NCBI GenBank assembly: GCA_030754595.1
Contig: JASLZZ010000006.1
Span: 1-40,668, forward strand
DNA from: Nitrospinota bacterium
GTDB lineage: Bacteria; UBA8248
Direction of reading: 5' to 3'
DNA: 40,668 nucleotides
Under the pieces are notes generated by a model. It was given only the letters and a program-made list of their open reading frames with translations. It made no database searches and was not told where the DNA came from. Each line of letters opens with the position of its first letter. The first letter of the stretch is position 1. Of this stretch, positions 9,255 to 18,374 are shown piece by piece. The position numbers and the translations under genes are program-made.

Positions 9255-10181
9255 TCAAGAAGATGGTAAGCCCGGCGAAGCGGGAAATTCAGAATCCTTT
9301 CCCTGGCGGGCGCTCATCAGGGCCGCCCCCGCCACATCGACCAACCGGTCGACGCTTTCCGCCACCTCCGCCCCGGCGGCGCGCAAAGCGGCCACCTTGG
9401 CCTCGTGCGTTTCCGAAAGCGAGCCGATCAAAGCGCTCGCGTGGCCCATTTTTTTTCCTCTGGGGGCGCATTTTCCGACCACCAGCGCCGCCACCGGCTT
9501 GGCGTCCGGGCGCCCCGCGTATTCGGCCGCCTGGGCTTCATCCTGTCCGCCGATTTCCCCCAGGAAGACAATCGCCTCGGTCTCGTGGTCGCGGTGGAAA
9601 AGCTCCAGAGCTTCCAGGGAGGACAGGCCCTTGATCGGGTCACCGCCGATTCCCACGACGGTGGACTGGCCTAAACCGGCGAGGGTCAGGCGGTGAGACG
9701 ATTCATAGGAGAGCGAGCCGCTTTGCGAGATCACCCCAAGCGGCCCGGGCACACAACAAAAAGAGGGCATGAATCCGACCTTGGCCTTGCCCGGTGAGAT
9801 GATGCCGGGGGTGTTGGGGGCAATGACCACCGCGCCGTTCGCTTCCGCGGCGGCCCTCATCTCCATCGCGTCCAGAACGGGAAATCCATCTCCCGGGTAA
9901 ACCACCAGGCGGCAGCCCGCCTCTACCGCCTCGACGATAGCGTCCAGGGCCGAATGGGGCGGGACGTAGACAAGAGAAGTATCCGCTCCCACCTCCCGGC
10001 ACGCGGTGGCCATGTCCGGAAAGACCGGAAGCCCCTCCACCTCTAGGTCCGGGCGGCCGGGCGTCACTCCTCCCAGGAGGCACGTTCCGTAGGCCATTAG
10101 GTCGTTTGCCGAAAAGCGGCCCATTTTTCCGGTGATCCCCTGAATCACGACCCGGTTGTGCTCGTCCAGAAGGATGCTCAC
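9255..10181 (-). CDS. sucD: Succinyl-CoA synthetase alpha-like subunit (divergent)
   Basis: VVIQGITGK, GGVTPG, PNTPG, SQSGSL, GIGGDP, GEIGG, KKMGHA (phospho-His). Confidence 0.85.
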   Translation of the reverse strand: MSILLDEHNRVVIQGITGKMGRFSANDLMAYGTCLLGGVTPGRPDLEVEGLPVFPDMATACREVGADTSLVYVPPHSALDAIVEAVEAGCRLVVYPGDGFPVLDAMEMRAAAEANGAVVIAPNTPGIISPGKAKVGFMPSFCCVPGPLGVISQSGSLSYESSHRLTLAGLGQSTVVGIGGDPIKGLSSLEALELFHRDHETEAIVFLGEIGGQDEAQAAEYAGRPDAKPVAALVVGKCAPRGKKMGHASALIGSLSETHEAKVAALRAAGAEVAESVDRLVDVAGAALMSARQGKDSEFPASPGLPSS

Positions 10182-11302
10182 GCCGACGGCCCCGCGAGCG
10201 AAACCGCCTCGGCCACAGCCGCGTCGAGCGTCGCGTGATTTCGGATACCCAGGTTATCGAAAATACCCTGAACGGCCCCCGCGTTGGTCCCGTTGAGACG
10301 GAATACCACGGCTTTCGCGCTCTCGCGATCATTCATGATGTCGCGAATCACGCGGGCCACGCGATCCATCTGTGTGGCGCCGCCGAAGATGCTCACCAGG
10401 ATGGAGCGCACTCCCGGATCGCCGTCGAGCATTTCAAAGGCCAGCCGGTATCCTTCAGGGGTGGGGTTGGCGCTGCAATCGAGGAAGCAGGCGGGACTGC
10501 CCCCGGCCGCCTGGATGAGGTCCATCGTCGCCATGGTCATGCCCGCTCCGCCCGAGATCAGGCCGACGTTCCCCTCCATCGGGATGAGCATAAGCCCGGC
10601 CGCGAGACACCGCTCGACCGGCTTTGGCTCGCGGCTGTTCGAGGCGCGGATGGCTTCGGCGATTTCGAAATCGCGAAACGCGGCCGAATCGTCCCTGACG
10701 ATTTTCGCGTCGACCGCCATGAGCGAGCCCCCGGCCAGCACGGCAAATGGATTGATCTCGACGGTGGTGCAGTCATGCGCCCAGGCGACGCGAAGAAGCG
10801 AGCGGGCGATTCGGAGGACTTTTTCACGCACCGAGGAATCGCCCTCTAAAGGAGAGAGCAGACCGCGGAATTCGTGAACCCGAAAGTTGCGGGGGAGACC
10901 GACGGGATAGCGAACGGGGGGAGGCGCTCCCTCCACGTCCACTCCGCCGGCGGGCGAGTAGAGGAGCATGTAGCCCCCCGCCCCACCGTCCACGGCCGCC
11001 GAGAGGTAGAGTTCGCGCTCTATCTCCAGCCAGGACTCCATCAGTACGGCCGAAGGGCGCTCCCCGCCGAAATCCATCTCGAGAATCCTGCCGGCGGCCT
11101 CGACGGCGGATTGCGGGTCCTCCACCCGGACGATGCCTCCGGACTTCCCGCGTCCGCCGCCCCTCACCTGGGCTTTCACCGCGGCGGGGTAGGTGAACGA
11201 ACTGCGTAAAATCTCCTCGGGCCGCTCGACGAGCCATCCGGCGGGCGTGGGAACGCCAGCCGCCCGGAGCAGGTTTTTTCCTTCGTGCTCTGTCATCAGC
11301 AT
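10178..11302 (-). CDS. sucC: Succinyl-CoA synthetase beta-like ATP-grasp subunit (divergent)
   Basis: EHEGKNLL, VKAQVRGGGRGKSGGI, ERELYLS, EINP, DAK, GAGMTMATMD; stop overlaps the sucD start. Confidence 0.85.
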   Translation of the reverse strand: MLMTEHEGKNLLRAAGVPTPAGWLVERPEEILRSSFTYPAAVKAQVRGGGRGKSGGIVRVEDPQSAVEAAGRILEMDFGGERPSAVLMESWLEIERELYLSAAVDGGAGGYMLLYSPAGGVDVEGAPPPVRYPVGLPRNFRVHEFRGLLSPLEGDSSVREKVLRIARSLLRVAWAHDCTTVEINPFAVLAGGSLMAVDAKIVRDDSAAFRDFEIAEAIRASNSREPKPVERCLAAGLMLIPMEGNVGLISGGAGMTMATMDLIQAAGGSPACFLDCSANPTPEGYRLAFEMLDGDPGVRSILVSIFGGATQMDRVARVIRDIMNDRESAKAVVFRLNGTNAGAVQGIFDNLGIRNHATLDAAVAEAVSLAGPSA

Positions 11303-11492
11303 GTGAGCAGTTTTTGTTACGCCTCGTGTTCCTGTCAAGTGCGAAAAGGGCGCCAGGAGGGACTCCGAAATGAATTTCCGGCGGCACTTTCTCAGGTAGC
11401 CTACCGATAAGCGAGAGCTATCGAAAAAGGCCGCTGAGCGGAACACCCACAAACCGTCACCGGTGAAATTACAACTCCAGCCTAAAATCAAG

Positions 11493-11517
11493 CTGTGCTC
11501 CGTGAAAATTGGGCCCC
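11493..11517 (+). repeat. Motif B copy
   Basis: CTGTGCTCCGTGAAAATTGGGCCCC, 20/25 to the reverse complement of the 33754-33782 copy. Confidence 0.55.
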
Positions 11518-11616
11518 TAACCAAAGTTCATATTTTGATGAGACCTGAATAGATCGTACTATCAAAATACAATCTGCGGGCGGGAAGTTTATTCAGGATT
11601 TGATATTGGGGCGGAA

Positions 11617-12243
11617 ATGAAAAATACACAGGACGTTCGAGCGCATATCAAAAAGAGCATTCCCGAAATATCTTGGATCGTGGACGAGAAGACAAGAGAA
11701 AAAATTATCGACGCTTATCAAATGGCTTTGGAAAAAAGCACATGGGAAACCCTGGAGGATGTCCCGCATATTTTCGTTGGGAGTGAACCGAGAGGTGACA
11801 TGCTCGATCATGTTCGGGCCGTGGTTCAGCTTTGCCGTGAATCAACACGGATAATGAAATCGTTTGGGCATCAAATTGACGAGCAACTGGTTCTAACCGG
11901 TGCGATACTTCACGATGTCGGAAAAATCGTTGAACATGCACAAAGGGATGGTGTCAAGGTCGCGAACAAGCGATTGCGTCATCCTATGCTCGGTGCCCAT
12001 ATAGCCCTAAGCTGCGGATTTTCCGACGACGTTGCGCACATTATCATGCGTCATTCCGTTGAGGGTGACATCCCTCTTCCTCCGAGACACGGAAGCGGCG
12101 GCCGGCTTGCCAACCTTCGGACAACTGAGTGCATGATTGTGGCCAACTGCGATCATCTCGCTGCTCAGGTTCGAAAAAGGGAATGGGGGGAGATGAGCGG
12201 CTCTTTCCCTCTCCTGGACCCGGGAGTTCCATTTAATTCCTGA
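11617..12243 (+). CDS. HD-domain (HDIG-like) metal-dependent phosphohydrolase
   Basis: DHVRAV, GAILHDVGK, LRHPMLG, HIIMRHS, ANCD. Confidence 0.85.
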   Translation: MKNTQDVRAHIKKSIPEISWIVDEKTREKIIDAYQMALEKSTWETLEDVPHIFVGSEPRGDMLDHVRAVVQLCRESTRIMKSFGHQIDEQLVLTGAILHDVGKIVEHAQRDGVKVANKRLRHPMLGAHIALSCGFSDDVAHIIMRHSVEGDIPLPPRHGSGGRLANLRTTECMIVANCDHLAAQVRKREWGEMSGSFPLLDPGVPFNS

Positions 12244-12302
12244 ATTTCATGTGTTGTGACCGAGTTGAGGATTATTCCCCACAATAATCCGTCCAAGTCG
12301 TA

Positions 12303-12339
12303 CGGAATTTGAAAAGGGGAGAGCGTTGTTGCATTATCT
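12303..12339 (+). promoter_or_regulatory. Motif A: sigma70-like promoter module, copy 1
   Basis: TTGAAA(12309-14)-17 nt containing AGAGCGTTG-CATTAT(12332-37), pointing at the cupin gene. Confidence 0.55.
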
Positions 12340-12467
12340 CGGGTGAAACCTCATATGAGATGGGTGGTCCAATGTCATTCCCACCATTCCACGAAGTGGG
12401 AAGGGGATGCCAGCGGGTAGAGAGCCCGTAACGATTTCTTTGAATTTATATGAGGGAGGGAACAGTA

Positions 12468-12818
12468 ATGCAGGCGTACAACTGGGACGATCTGCCTCCT
12501 CACGATCCGGGGGGCCGTGTCCAGCGCGTTGTCGCGGCGGAGCGTATCACCATTTTGAGGCAGACCATATTCGCGGGCCACGCCCTTTCCGGCCGCCACA
12601 GTCATCCCGAGGAGCAGGTCACCATCGTGCTTGAAGGAAAAGCGCGCTTCACCTGCGAGGATGATGAGACAACCCTCGGCCCGGGCGGGGTGGTGGTCTT
12701 TCCTCCCGACAAGGAGCATTCCACCGAAAATGTCGGGGATGGCGACCTCGTCTTGGAGGAGGTGTTTTCTCCGGGGCCCGATCGGCTCAACAAGCTTGCG
12801 CCTGAAAGGCCACAATAG
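12468..12818 (+). CDS. Cupin domain protein
   Basis: HSHPEEQ, GGVVVFPPDKEH, EVFSP; GAGGGAGG upstream. Confidence 0.85.
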   Translation: MQAYNWDDLPPHDPGGRVQRVVAAERITILRQTIFAGHALSGRHSHPEEQVTIVLEGKARFTCEDDETTLGPGGVVVFPPDKEHSTENVGDGDLVLEEVFSPGPDRLNKLAPERPQ

Positions 12819-12976
12819 AGCCTGAGGGGGATCTGGCCTAATTCCGTTCGCCCGGCTGGTCCATCACCTTTGCTGGTCTTCCCCGACGGACCGCCTCGTT
12901 CGTCGAGCGGGGCCAGCACCTCGGGAAGTAAATCTCAATCCGGGCGCGGAGATGGGCCGCGCGATAGGGGGTGTTC

Positions 12977-13966
12977 ATGTCTGCTGTCCGTCTTCTCGTC
13001 ACCGACGTTTCCGCAGGCGCGTTTGTGGAGCGCGTGCTGAAAAACCCGGCCACGGAGCAGTTTCAGATCCTCACCCCCGAGGCCGAGGATGAAGAAGCGC
13101 TCCTTTCGGTCGTACCGGATGCGGACGCCATCCTCTGCTATAAGGCGAACCTTCCGGGGTCGGTGATCCGTGCGGGCGATTCTTTGAGGTTCATTCAAAA
13201 ACACGGCCTCAACTGCAAGAATATCGATGTTGCGGCAGCGGCCGAGCGGAACATTCCTGTCGGAACCCAGGTGCTCTTGCGGAGCATGACGGTTGCCGAG
13301 CAGGCAATGGCCATCATGCTTGCCTGCGCAAGAAAAGTCGTCCCCGGTCACCGGGCCGTGAGCGGCGCCGACTATGTCGGCATGGATGTCGAACCTATCC
13401 GTACCAGCCAGTGGAACTTCAAGAGCAACTGGGTGCAAATCGAAGGAATGAACGAGTTGTTCGGCACCAAGGTCGGCATCATCGGCCTGGGTGATATCGG
13501 AATGGAGATCGCCAAACGCTGCCTCGCTTTCGGAATGGAGATCTACTACTACCAGCGAAGCGCGCATTCGAAGGATGTCGAAGCCACCTTCGAGGCAAGT
13601 TATTTGCCCTTGAACGAGCTGCTTGCCGCCGCGGACTATCTCGTTCTGTCCTTGCCCCACACGCCCGAAAGCGAGGGGCTCATCGGCTCCGCGCAGCTTG
13701 ATCGCTTAAAGCGCGAGGCAACGCTTATCAACGTAGCCCGGGGCGCCATCGTGGACGAAAATGCGCTCGTCGAAGCGCTGCGAGGCGGCGGAATCGCCAT
13801 GGCCGGGCTCGATGTCTATCAGATGGAACCCCTTCCGGAGTTCAGCCCTTTGAGAGAACTGCCCAACGTCGTCCTTCTCCCCCACACCGGAGGAGGTTCG
13901 TACCGTGCTTGGGATATCGACATTCCGGCCTCGCTGAACAACGTCCGGCGCTTTTTCGAGGGATGA
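12977..13966 (+). CDS. D-isomer-specific 2-hydroxyacid dehydrogenase
   Basis: GIIGLGDIG, LINVARG, GLDVYQMEP, LLPHTGG. Confidence 0.9.
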   Translation: MSAVRLLVTDVSAGAFVERVLKNPATEQFQILTPEAEDEEALLSVVPDADAILCYKANLPGSVIRAGDSLRFIQKHGLNCKNIDVAAAAERNIPVGTQVLLRSMTVAEQAMAIMLACARKVVPGHRAVSGADYVGMDVEPIRTSQWNFKSNWVQIEGMNELFGTKVGIIGLGDIGMEIAKRCLAFGMEIYYYQRSAHSKDVEATFEASYLPLNELLAAADYLVLSLPHTPESEGLIGSAQLDRLKREATLINVARGAIVDENALVEALRGGGIAMAGLDVYQMEPLPEFSPLRELPNVVLLPHTGGGSYRAWDIDIPASLNNVRRFFEG

Positions 13967-14067
13967 CTCCTCGCGCCCGCCGTGTCCGATAACCTGTGGT
14001 GAAGAATGAGTAATTCGCCTCGGTATTACCATTCATAATTTGCCACTTCAGGACCGTCCCACCGCCT

Positions 14068-14259
14068 GCGCATGGCGAATAATTATTTTTACCTATAATC
14101 AAACATTCCCTCGCCCTGCCCTTGGGCGAAAGCCCCTCCAACCTCCTCCGTCAAATTCCCAGTTTTGCAGGAAAATTTTTCATTTACTATGACAGGGAAC
14201 TATCTTGGAAAAAAATTGATCGGCGCTCATTGTTGGCCAGTTAGCGATTCGCCATGCAC
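14068..14259. repeat. Two motif P half-sites in inverted arrangement (14068-14080, 14247-14259) with a degenerate motif C at about 14196
   Basis: GCGCATGGCGAAT ... ATTCGCCATGCAC, lying between convergent genes. Confidence 0.6.
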
Positions 14260-14299
14260 GAGCCGGAGAGATACTTCCGTTTTCAACCTTCCGCACAAA

Positions 14300-15115
14300 C
14301 TAAAGAAGGCTCCGCAAATTGGCAATCCCAAGCGCGGCGGAGGTCTGGAAATCCGGAGGCATCCGCACCTGAATCGCAAGGAATTCTTCGTAATCAATCG
14401 CTCTTAAGGTGTCGATAATTTCCCTGAACGGAACATGGCCCGCTCCGGGGTAGAGGCGGTTGCTATCGGAGATGTGCATATGACCCAGGTGGTCCTTTGC
14501 GTCCACGATGCTTCTTGAGAAGGACACATCCTCGATGTTCATATGAAAAGTATCGAGCATGAGCCCAAGGCCGGGACTATTGATCTCCTCTACGAAAGCC
14601 ACACCCTCTTGGGCGTTATAAATAAAATTGTTGCCATAGCGGTGCCGGTGCTGCGGTTCAAAAAGGATACGCGCGCCCTTCTCGGCGGCGTAATCGGAAC
14701 CTTCCATGATAGCGTCGCGCATCCAGCCGAGGGATCTCTCGTGCTCTTCCCCTTCGCTCAATCGCCCCCGGAAGGTCCCGACAGTGGCCCCCACGCCGAA
14801 AAATGCCGCGACGTCCAACGAACCTTTCAGGCGATCCATCCCTTCCTTTCGGATCGCTTCGTCGGGATGACAAAGCCATACGGAGTCCTGAAATCCGATG
14901 GCGGCCGTGTGAATGGAGGAAACTTCCAGGCTATTTTTCTCAACTTCTTTTCTGATGGCATCGAGATCAAGGTCCCGGGGCTTTCGAAGTGAAAGGTCAA
15001 CTCCCTCATAGCCCAAGTCCGAAAGAACCCGCAGATTGCCGCCCAGCGCGCCTTGTGCGCTTGGGAGTAAAGGCGTATCGACCTCAGGCGTTGCAACCTG
15101 AAAACTGATCTTCAT
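14300..15115 (-). CDS. Sugar phosphate isomerase/epimerase (xylose isomerase-like TIM barrel)
   Basis: LFEP, LDTFHMNIED, HMHISDSNRLYPGAGH; alternative start 15136. Confidence 0.88.
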   Translation of the reverse strand: MKISFQVATPEVDTPLLPSAQGALGGNLRVLSDLGYEGVDLSLRKPRDLDLDAIRKEVEKNSLEVSSIHTAAIGFQDSVWLCHPDEAIRKEGMDRLKGSLDVAAFFGVGATVGTFRGRLSEGEEHERSLGWMRDAIMEGSDYAAEKGARILFEPQHRHRYGNNFIYNAQEGVAFVEEINSPGLGLMLDTFHMNIEDVSFSRSIVDAKDHLGHMHISDSNRLYPGAGHVPFREIIDTLRAIDYEEFLAIQVRMPPDFQTSAALGIANLRSLL

Positions 15116-15477
15116 TGGAGCGTATCCTTTTGGCATGGCCGAAGAAAAAAACCTTCGCGCAAAATGAAATTGGTCTTACTAATCCGACAAACTCGCCGAT
15201 GTGCCCCGCCTGATCGGGGTATTGAGCCAAGGCGAATCGTTAGGTCAAGATTCGATGTTCCGAAACCGGGAGACATCGACAGTTTCTCCTGTCTCGGCGC
15301 TGGATTCAATTGCCTGATTGGTATCGCGCTCACGCGAACCGATAGTTTGAGATTACATCGGGCCAGCCTGTTTAACACGTCGATGCCTCTTGATCGGAAA
15401 TTCGCCATGCAAAGGGTATTTTGCCGCGCCCGGGTCCCATCAAACGCCCCTCTCAAGCTATTCAACCTAAATGGTAA

Positions 15478-17187
15478 CTACTTCTCGCGGGGCACAGTGG
15501 TTTTTTGGAGAAAATCGAAATCGCACCCTTCGGGCGCCTGAAGGACGTGCTCGAGAAAAAGACCCCGGTAGCCCCGCCGGTAAGGTGGGGCGGGGGGCCG
15601 CCATTCGGCGCGTCGGCGGGCCATCTCTTTTTCGTCGACGAGAAGATCGAGCTTTCTGTCGGGCACGTCGAGGCGGATCTCGTCGCCGTCCCGGACGAGC
15701 GCGAGGGGACCGCCCACGGCGGCCTCGGGGGACACATGGAGCACTGTGGTGCCACCCGCCGTCCCGCTCATGCGCGCGTCGGATACTCGGACGATGTCGC
15801 GCACGCCGGCTTCCAAAAGTTTTTTAGGGATGGGGAGGAAACCCGCCTCGGGAAAGCCCGGCCCGCCGACGGGCCCCGTGTTCTGGAGGACGAAGACGCT
15901 CTCCGCCGTCGCGCCCAGATCGGGATCGTCGATCCGATTGATCATGTCCTCCTGGGAGGCGAAGACGACGGCCTTGCCCGTGTGCGTGAGCTTGTCGGGC
16001 GAGGAGGCGGATACCTTGATGACGGCGCCCTCCGGCGCGAGGCTGCCCTGGAGGACGACGATGCCGCCTTCGGGAGCGAGGGGCTTCTCGCGGGGGAGGA
16101 TCACGTCCTGCCAGCCCTTCGCACGGGGGACACTGGCGAGATTCTCGGAGACTGTCTTTCCTGTCGCGGTCATCGCGCCGCCGTTCAGGAGTGGTTCGAG
16201 CTCTTTCATGACAGCGGGAATCCCGCCCGCCTCGGCGAGGTCTTCCATGAGATATTCCGCGCCCGAGGGGCGGAGGTTGGCGATGAGGGGGGTCGTGCGG
16301 GAGAGATCGTCGAAGAGCGAGAGGGGCAGATCGACGCCGAGCCTGCCGGCGATGGCGGGGAGGTGGACCACGGCGTTCGTCGATCCGCCCACCGCCATGA
16401 GGATGCGGATGGCGTTCTCGAAAGCCTCGCGCGTCATGATCCTTTCGGGCGTTAGACTTTCGGTGACCATCGCGACGATGCGGCGCCCGCTCTCCTCGGC
16501 CATGCGGAGGCGGCGCGAATTGACGGCTGGAATGGCGGCAAGACCGGGCAGCATCATCCCCAGCGCCTCTGTGAGAGATGCCATCGTGCTCGCCGTGCCC
16601 ATGACCATGCAGTGGCCCGCCGAAGGGAAGAGCTCGCCCTGGACCTGTTCGAGCGTTTCCTCGTCCATCGCACCGCCCCGGAACTCGTTCCACATCCCCC
16701 GGCAGTCGGAGCAGGCGCCGAGTTTTTTCCCATCGAAGCGCCCGCCGATCATCGGGCCCGCCGTGACGGTAAGCGCGGGCACGCCGGCGCTGGCCGCTCC
16801 CATGAGCTGGGCAGGGAGGGTCTTGTCGCACCCTCCGAGGAGTACGACGCCGTCGAGGGGCTGTCCGCTGATCATCTCCTCGGTGTCCATCGAGAGGAGG
16901 TTCCGGAAGAGCATGGCGGTGGGAGAGAGGTAAATTTCGCCGAGGGAAATTGTCGGAAATTCGAGGGGCAGACCGCCCGCCTGCCAAACCCCGCGCTTGA
17001 CGGCCTCGGCCACCTCCCGGAGGTTTCGGTGACACGGGTTGAGTTCACTCCAGGTTTGGGCGATTCCGATGATGGGGCGCTCGAGATCTTCCTCCGTCAG
17101 GCCGAACCCCCTCGCGTAAGCCCCCCGGATGAACGCGCTGAAATCCGGGTCGCCGTAATTTGTCAGTCCCTTGCGGTAGCCCTGCAT
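15478..17187 (-). CDS. ilvD: IlvD/Edd family dehydratase (dihydroxy-acid or sugar-acid dehydratase)
   Basis: ELNPCH, GCDKTLP, GHCMVMGTASTM, GGSTNA, SDARMSGT, LHVSPE. Confidence 0.92.
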   Translation of the reverse strand: MQGYRKGLTNYGDPDFSAFIRGAYARGFGLTEEDLERPIIGIAQTWSELNPCHRNLREVAEAVKRGVWQAGGLPLEFPTISLGEIYLSPTAMLFRNLLSMDTEEMISGQPLDGVVLLGGCDKTLPAQLMGAASAGVPALTVTAGPMIGGRFDGKKLGACSDCRGMWNEFRGGAMDEETLEQVQGELFPSAGHCMVMGTASTMASLTEALGMMLPGLAAIPAVNSRRLRMAEESGRRIVAMVTESLTPERIMTREAFENAIRILMAVGGSTNAVVHLPAIAGRLGVDLPLSLFDDLSRTTPLIANLRPSGAEYLMEDLAEAGGIPAVMKELEPLLNGGAMTATGKTVSENLASVPRAKGWQDVILPREKPLAPEGGIVVLQGSLAPEGAVIKVSASSPDKLTHTGKAVVFASQEDMINRIDDPDLGATAESVFVLQNTGPVGGPGFPEAGFLPIPKKLLEAGVRDIVRVSDARMSGTAGGTTVLHVSPEAAVGGPLALVRDGDEIRLDVPDRKLDLLVDEKEMARRRAEWRPPAPPYRRGYRGLFLEHVLQAPEGCDFDFLQKTTVPREK

Positions 17188-17219
17188 CAGGAGGCCGCCT
17201 CCTTATAGGATGGAAACCT

Positions 17220-17258
17220 GAATTATGCGGCAACGCTCTTCGTTTCTCAAATTTCGGC
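17220..17258 (-). promoter_or_regulatory. Motif A: sigma70-like promoter module, copy 2
   Basis: Minus strand TTGAGA(17250-45)-17 nt AACGAAGAGCGTTGCCG-CATAAT(17227-22), about 35 nt before the IlvD start. Confidence 0.7.
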
Positions 17259-17268
17259 TAACTTTCCT

Positions 17269-17299
17269 GTGCCTAGTGAATCAGTAATTCGCTATGCGC
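17269..17299. repeat. Motif P palindrome (13-5-13)
   Basis: GTGCCTAGTGAAT-CAGTA-ATTCGCTATGCGC. Confidence 0.6.
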
Positions 17300-17332
17300 A
17301 AGAACCGCGTCAAAAAGAAGAGCGCTGGAGGA

Positions 17333-18211
17333 CTAGTCCTCGCCCTTGATGCGTTTGTCCAGCGCGTCCAGGAGCTTTTGCATCACCAGGTCGGTGGGCA
17401 TGTCAGTTCCCGTCCACAACTTCCAGGACGCGGCTCCCTGATAGACGAGCCAGCCCGTTCCCCGGACAGTCTTCGCGCCGCGGCGCTCCGCCGCTTTCAG
17501 GAAAGCCGTGTCGGGCGGGATGTAGACCGCATCCGAGCAGATGGCGCTCTCGGGGATGGCATCCTCGGGAATCGGCGAGGCCGCCTCACGCTCGGCGTCC
17601 CCCCACATGCCCTGGCTGGTTGTGTTCACGACAAGCCCGCATCCAGCGGCGGCTTCTTGCAGGTTCTCCAGCCCCCCGCCGGAGGCCTTCGCGCCGGGGA
17701 TGCTCTCCTCGACGAAGCGCGCCAGTTCCGCCGCCTTCTCGGCCGTGCGGTTCCGGATCTCCAGGTGCTCCGCCCCGCACTGGGCAATCTTGACGGCGAT
17801 GGCCCGCGCCGCACCTCCCGCACCCAGAACCAGGCAGCGCTTGCCCTTGGGATACTCCCCTGTCGTCTCCTCAACGAACCGGAGCCAGCCAATGCCGTCC
17901 GTGTTGTGGCCGACGATGCGGCCATCCTCTTCGAAAACCAGCGTGTTGACGGCGCCCATCAACCGGGCGTCCTCGCTCATCTCGTCGACGAACTCGGTGA
18001 CGGCCACCTTATGGGGTATCGTGATTGTGAGCCCCCGGAAGCCCATCGACTGGGCCCCGCGCACGGCCTCGCCGATTTGCTCGGGACGCACCTCGTAGGC
18101 CAGATAGTGGTAGTCCACGCCCAGAGCCTCGGCCGCCCCGTTGTGAAGCACCGGGGAGAGAATGTGGCCGGCCGGGTAGCCAAAGACGCCGAGGGGTATG
18201 GGGTTCGGCAT
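17333..18211 (-). CDS. aroE: Shikimate dehydrogenase family protein
   Basis: LSPVLHN, TIPHK, GAVNT, GHNTDG, LGAGGAARA, NRT, VNTTSQGM. Confidence 0.88.
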   Translation of the reverse strand: MPNPIPLGVFGYPAGHILSPVLHNGAAEALGVDYHYLAYEVRPEQIGEAVRGAQSMGFRGLTITIPHKVAVTEFVDEMSEDARLMGAVNTLVFEEDGRIVGHNTDGIGWLRFVEETTGEYPKGKRCLVLGAGGAARAIAVKIAQCGAEHLEIRNRTAEKAAELARFVEESIPGAKASGGGLENLQEAAAGCGLVVNTTSQGMWGDAEREAASPIPEDAIPESAICSDAVYIPPDTAFLKAAERRGAKTVRGTGWLVYQGAASWKLWTGTDMPTDLVMQKLLDALDKRIKGED

Positions 18212-18374
18212 GGGTTGCGCCCTCAAAGAATGCGGAAATGAAAGAATTCGGCAATCGCGCCTGGACTGTCGCGGAGAGCCGAGATGAACTAGATTACGGC
18301 GTCGGATACAAACCCGCAAGAAACGCCGAGGAGACCCTTCATCTTTTTCTCTTCAGCTCAATAAGGAGAGATTC

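Noticed and set aside
15245..15350. Possible Gfo/Idh/MocA C-terminal remnant on the minus strand (QAIESSAETGETVDV)
   Set aside because: Too short to support without a search.
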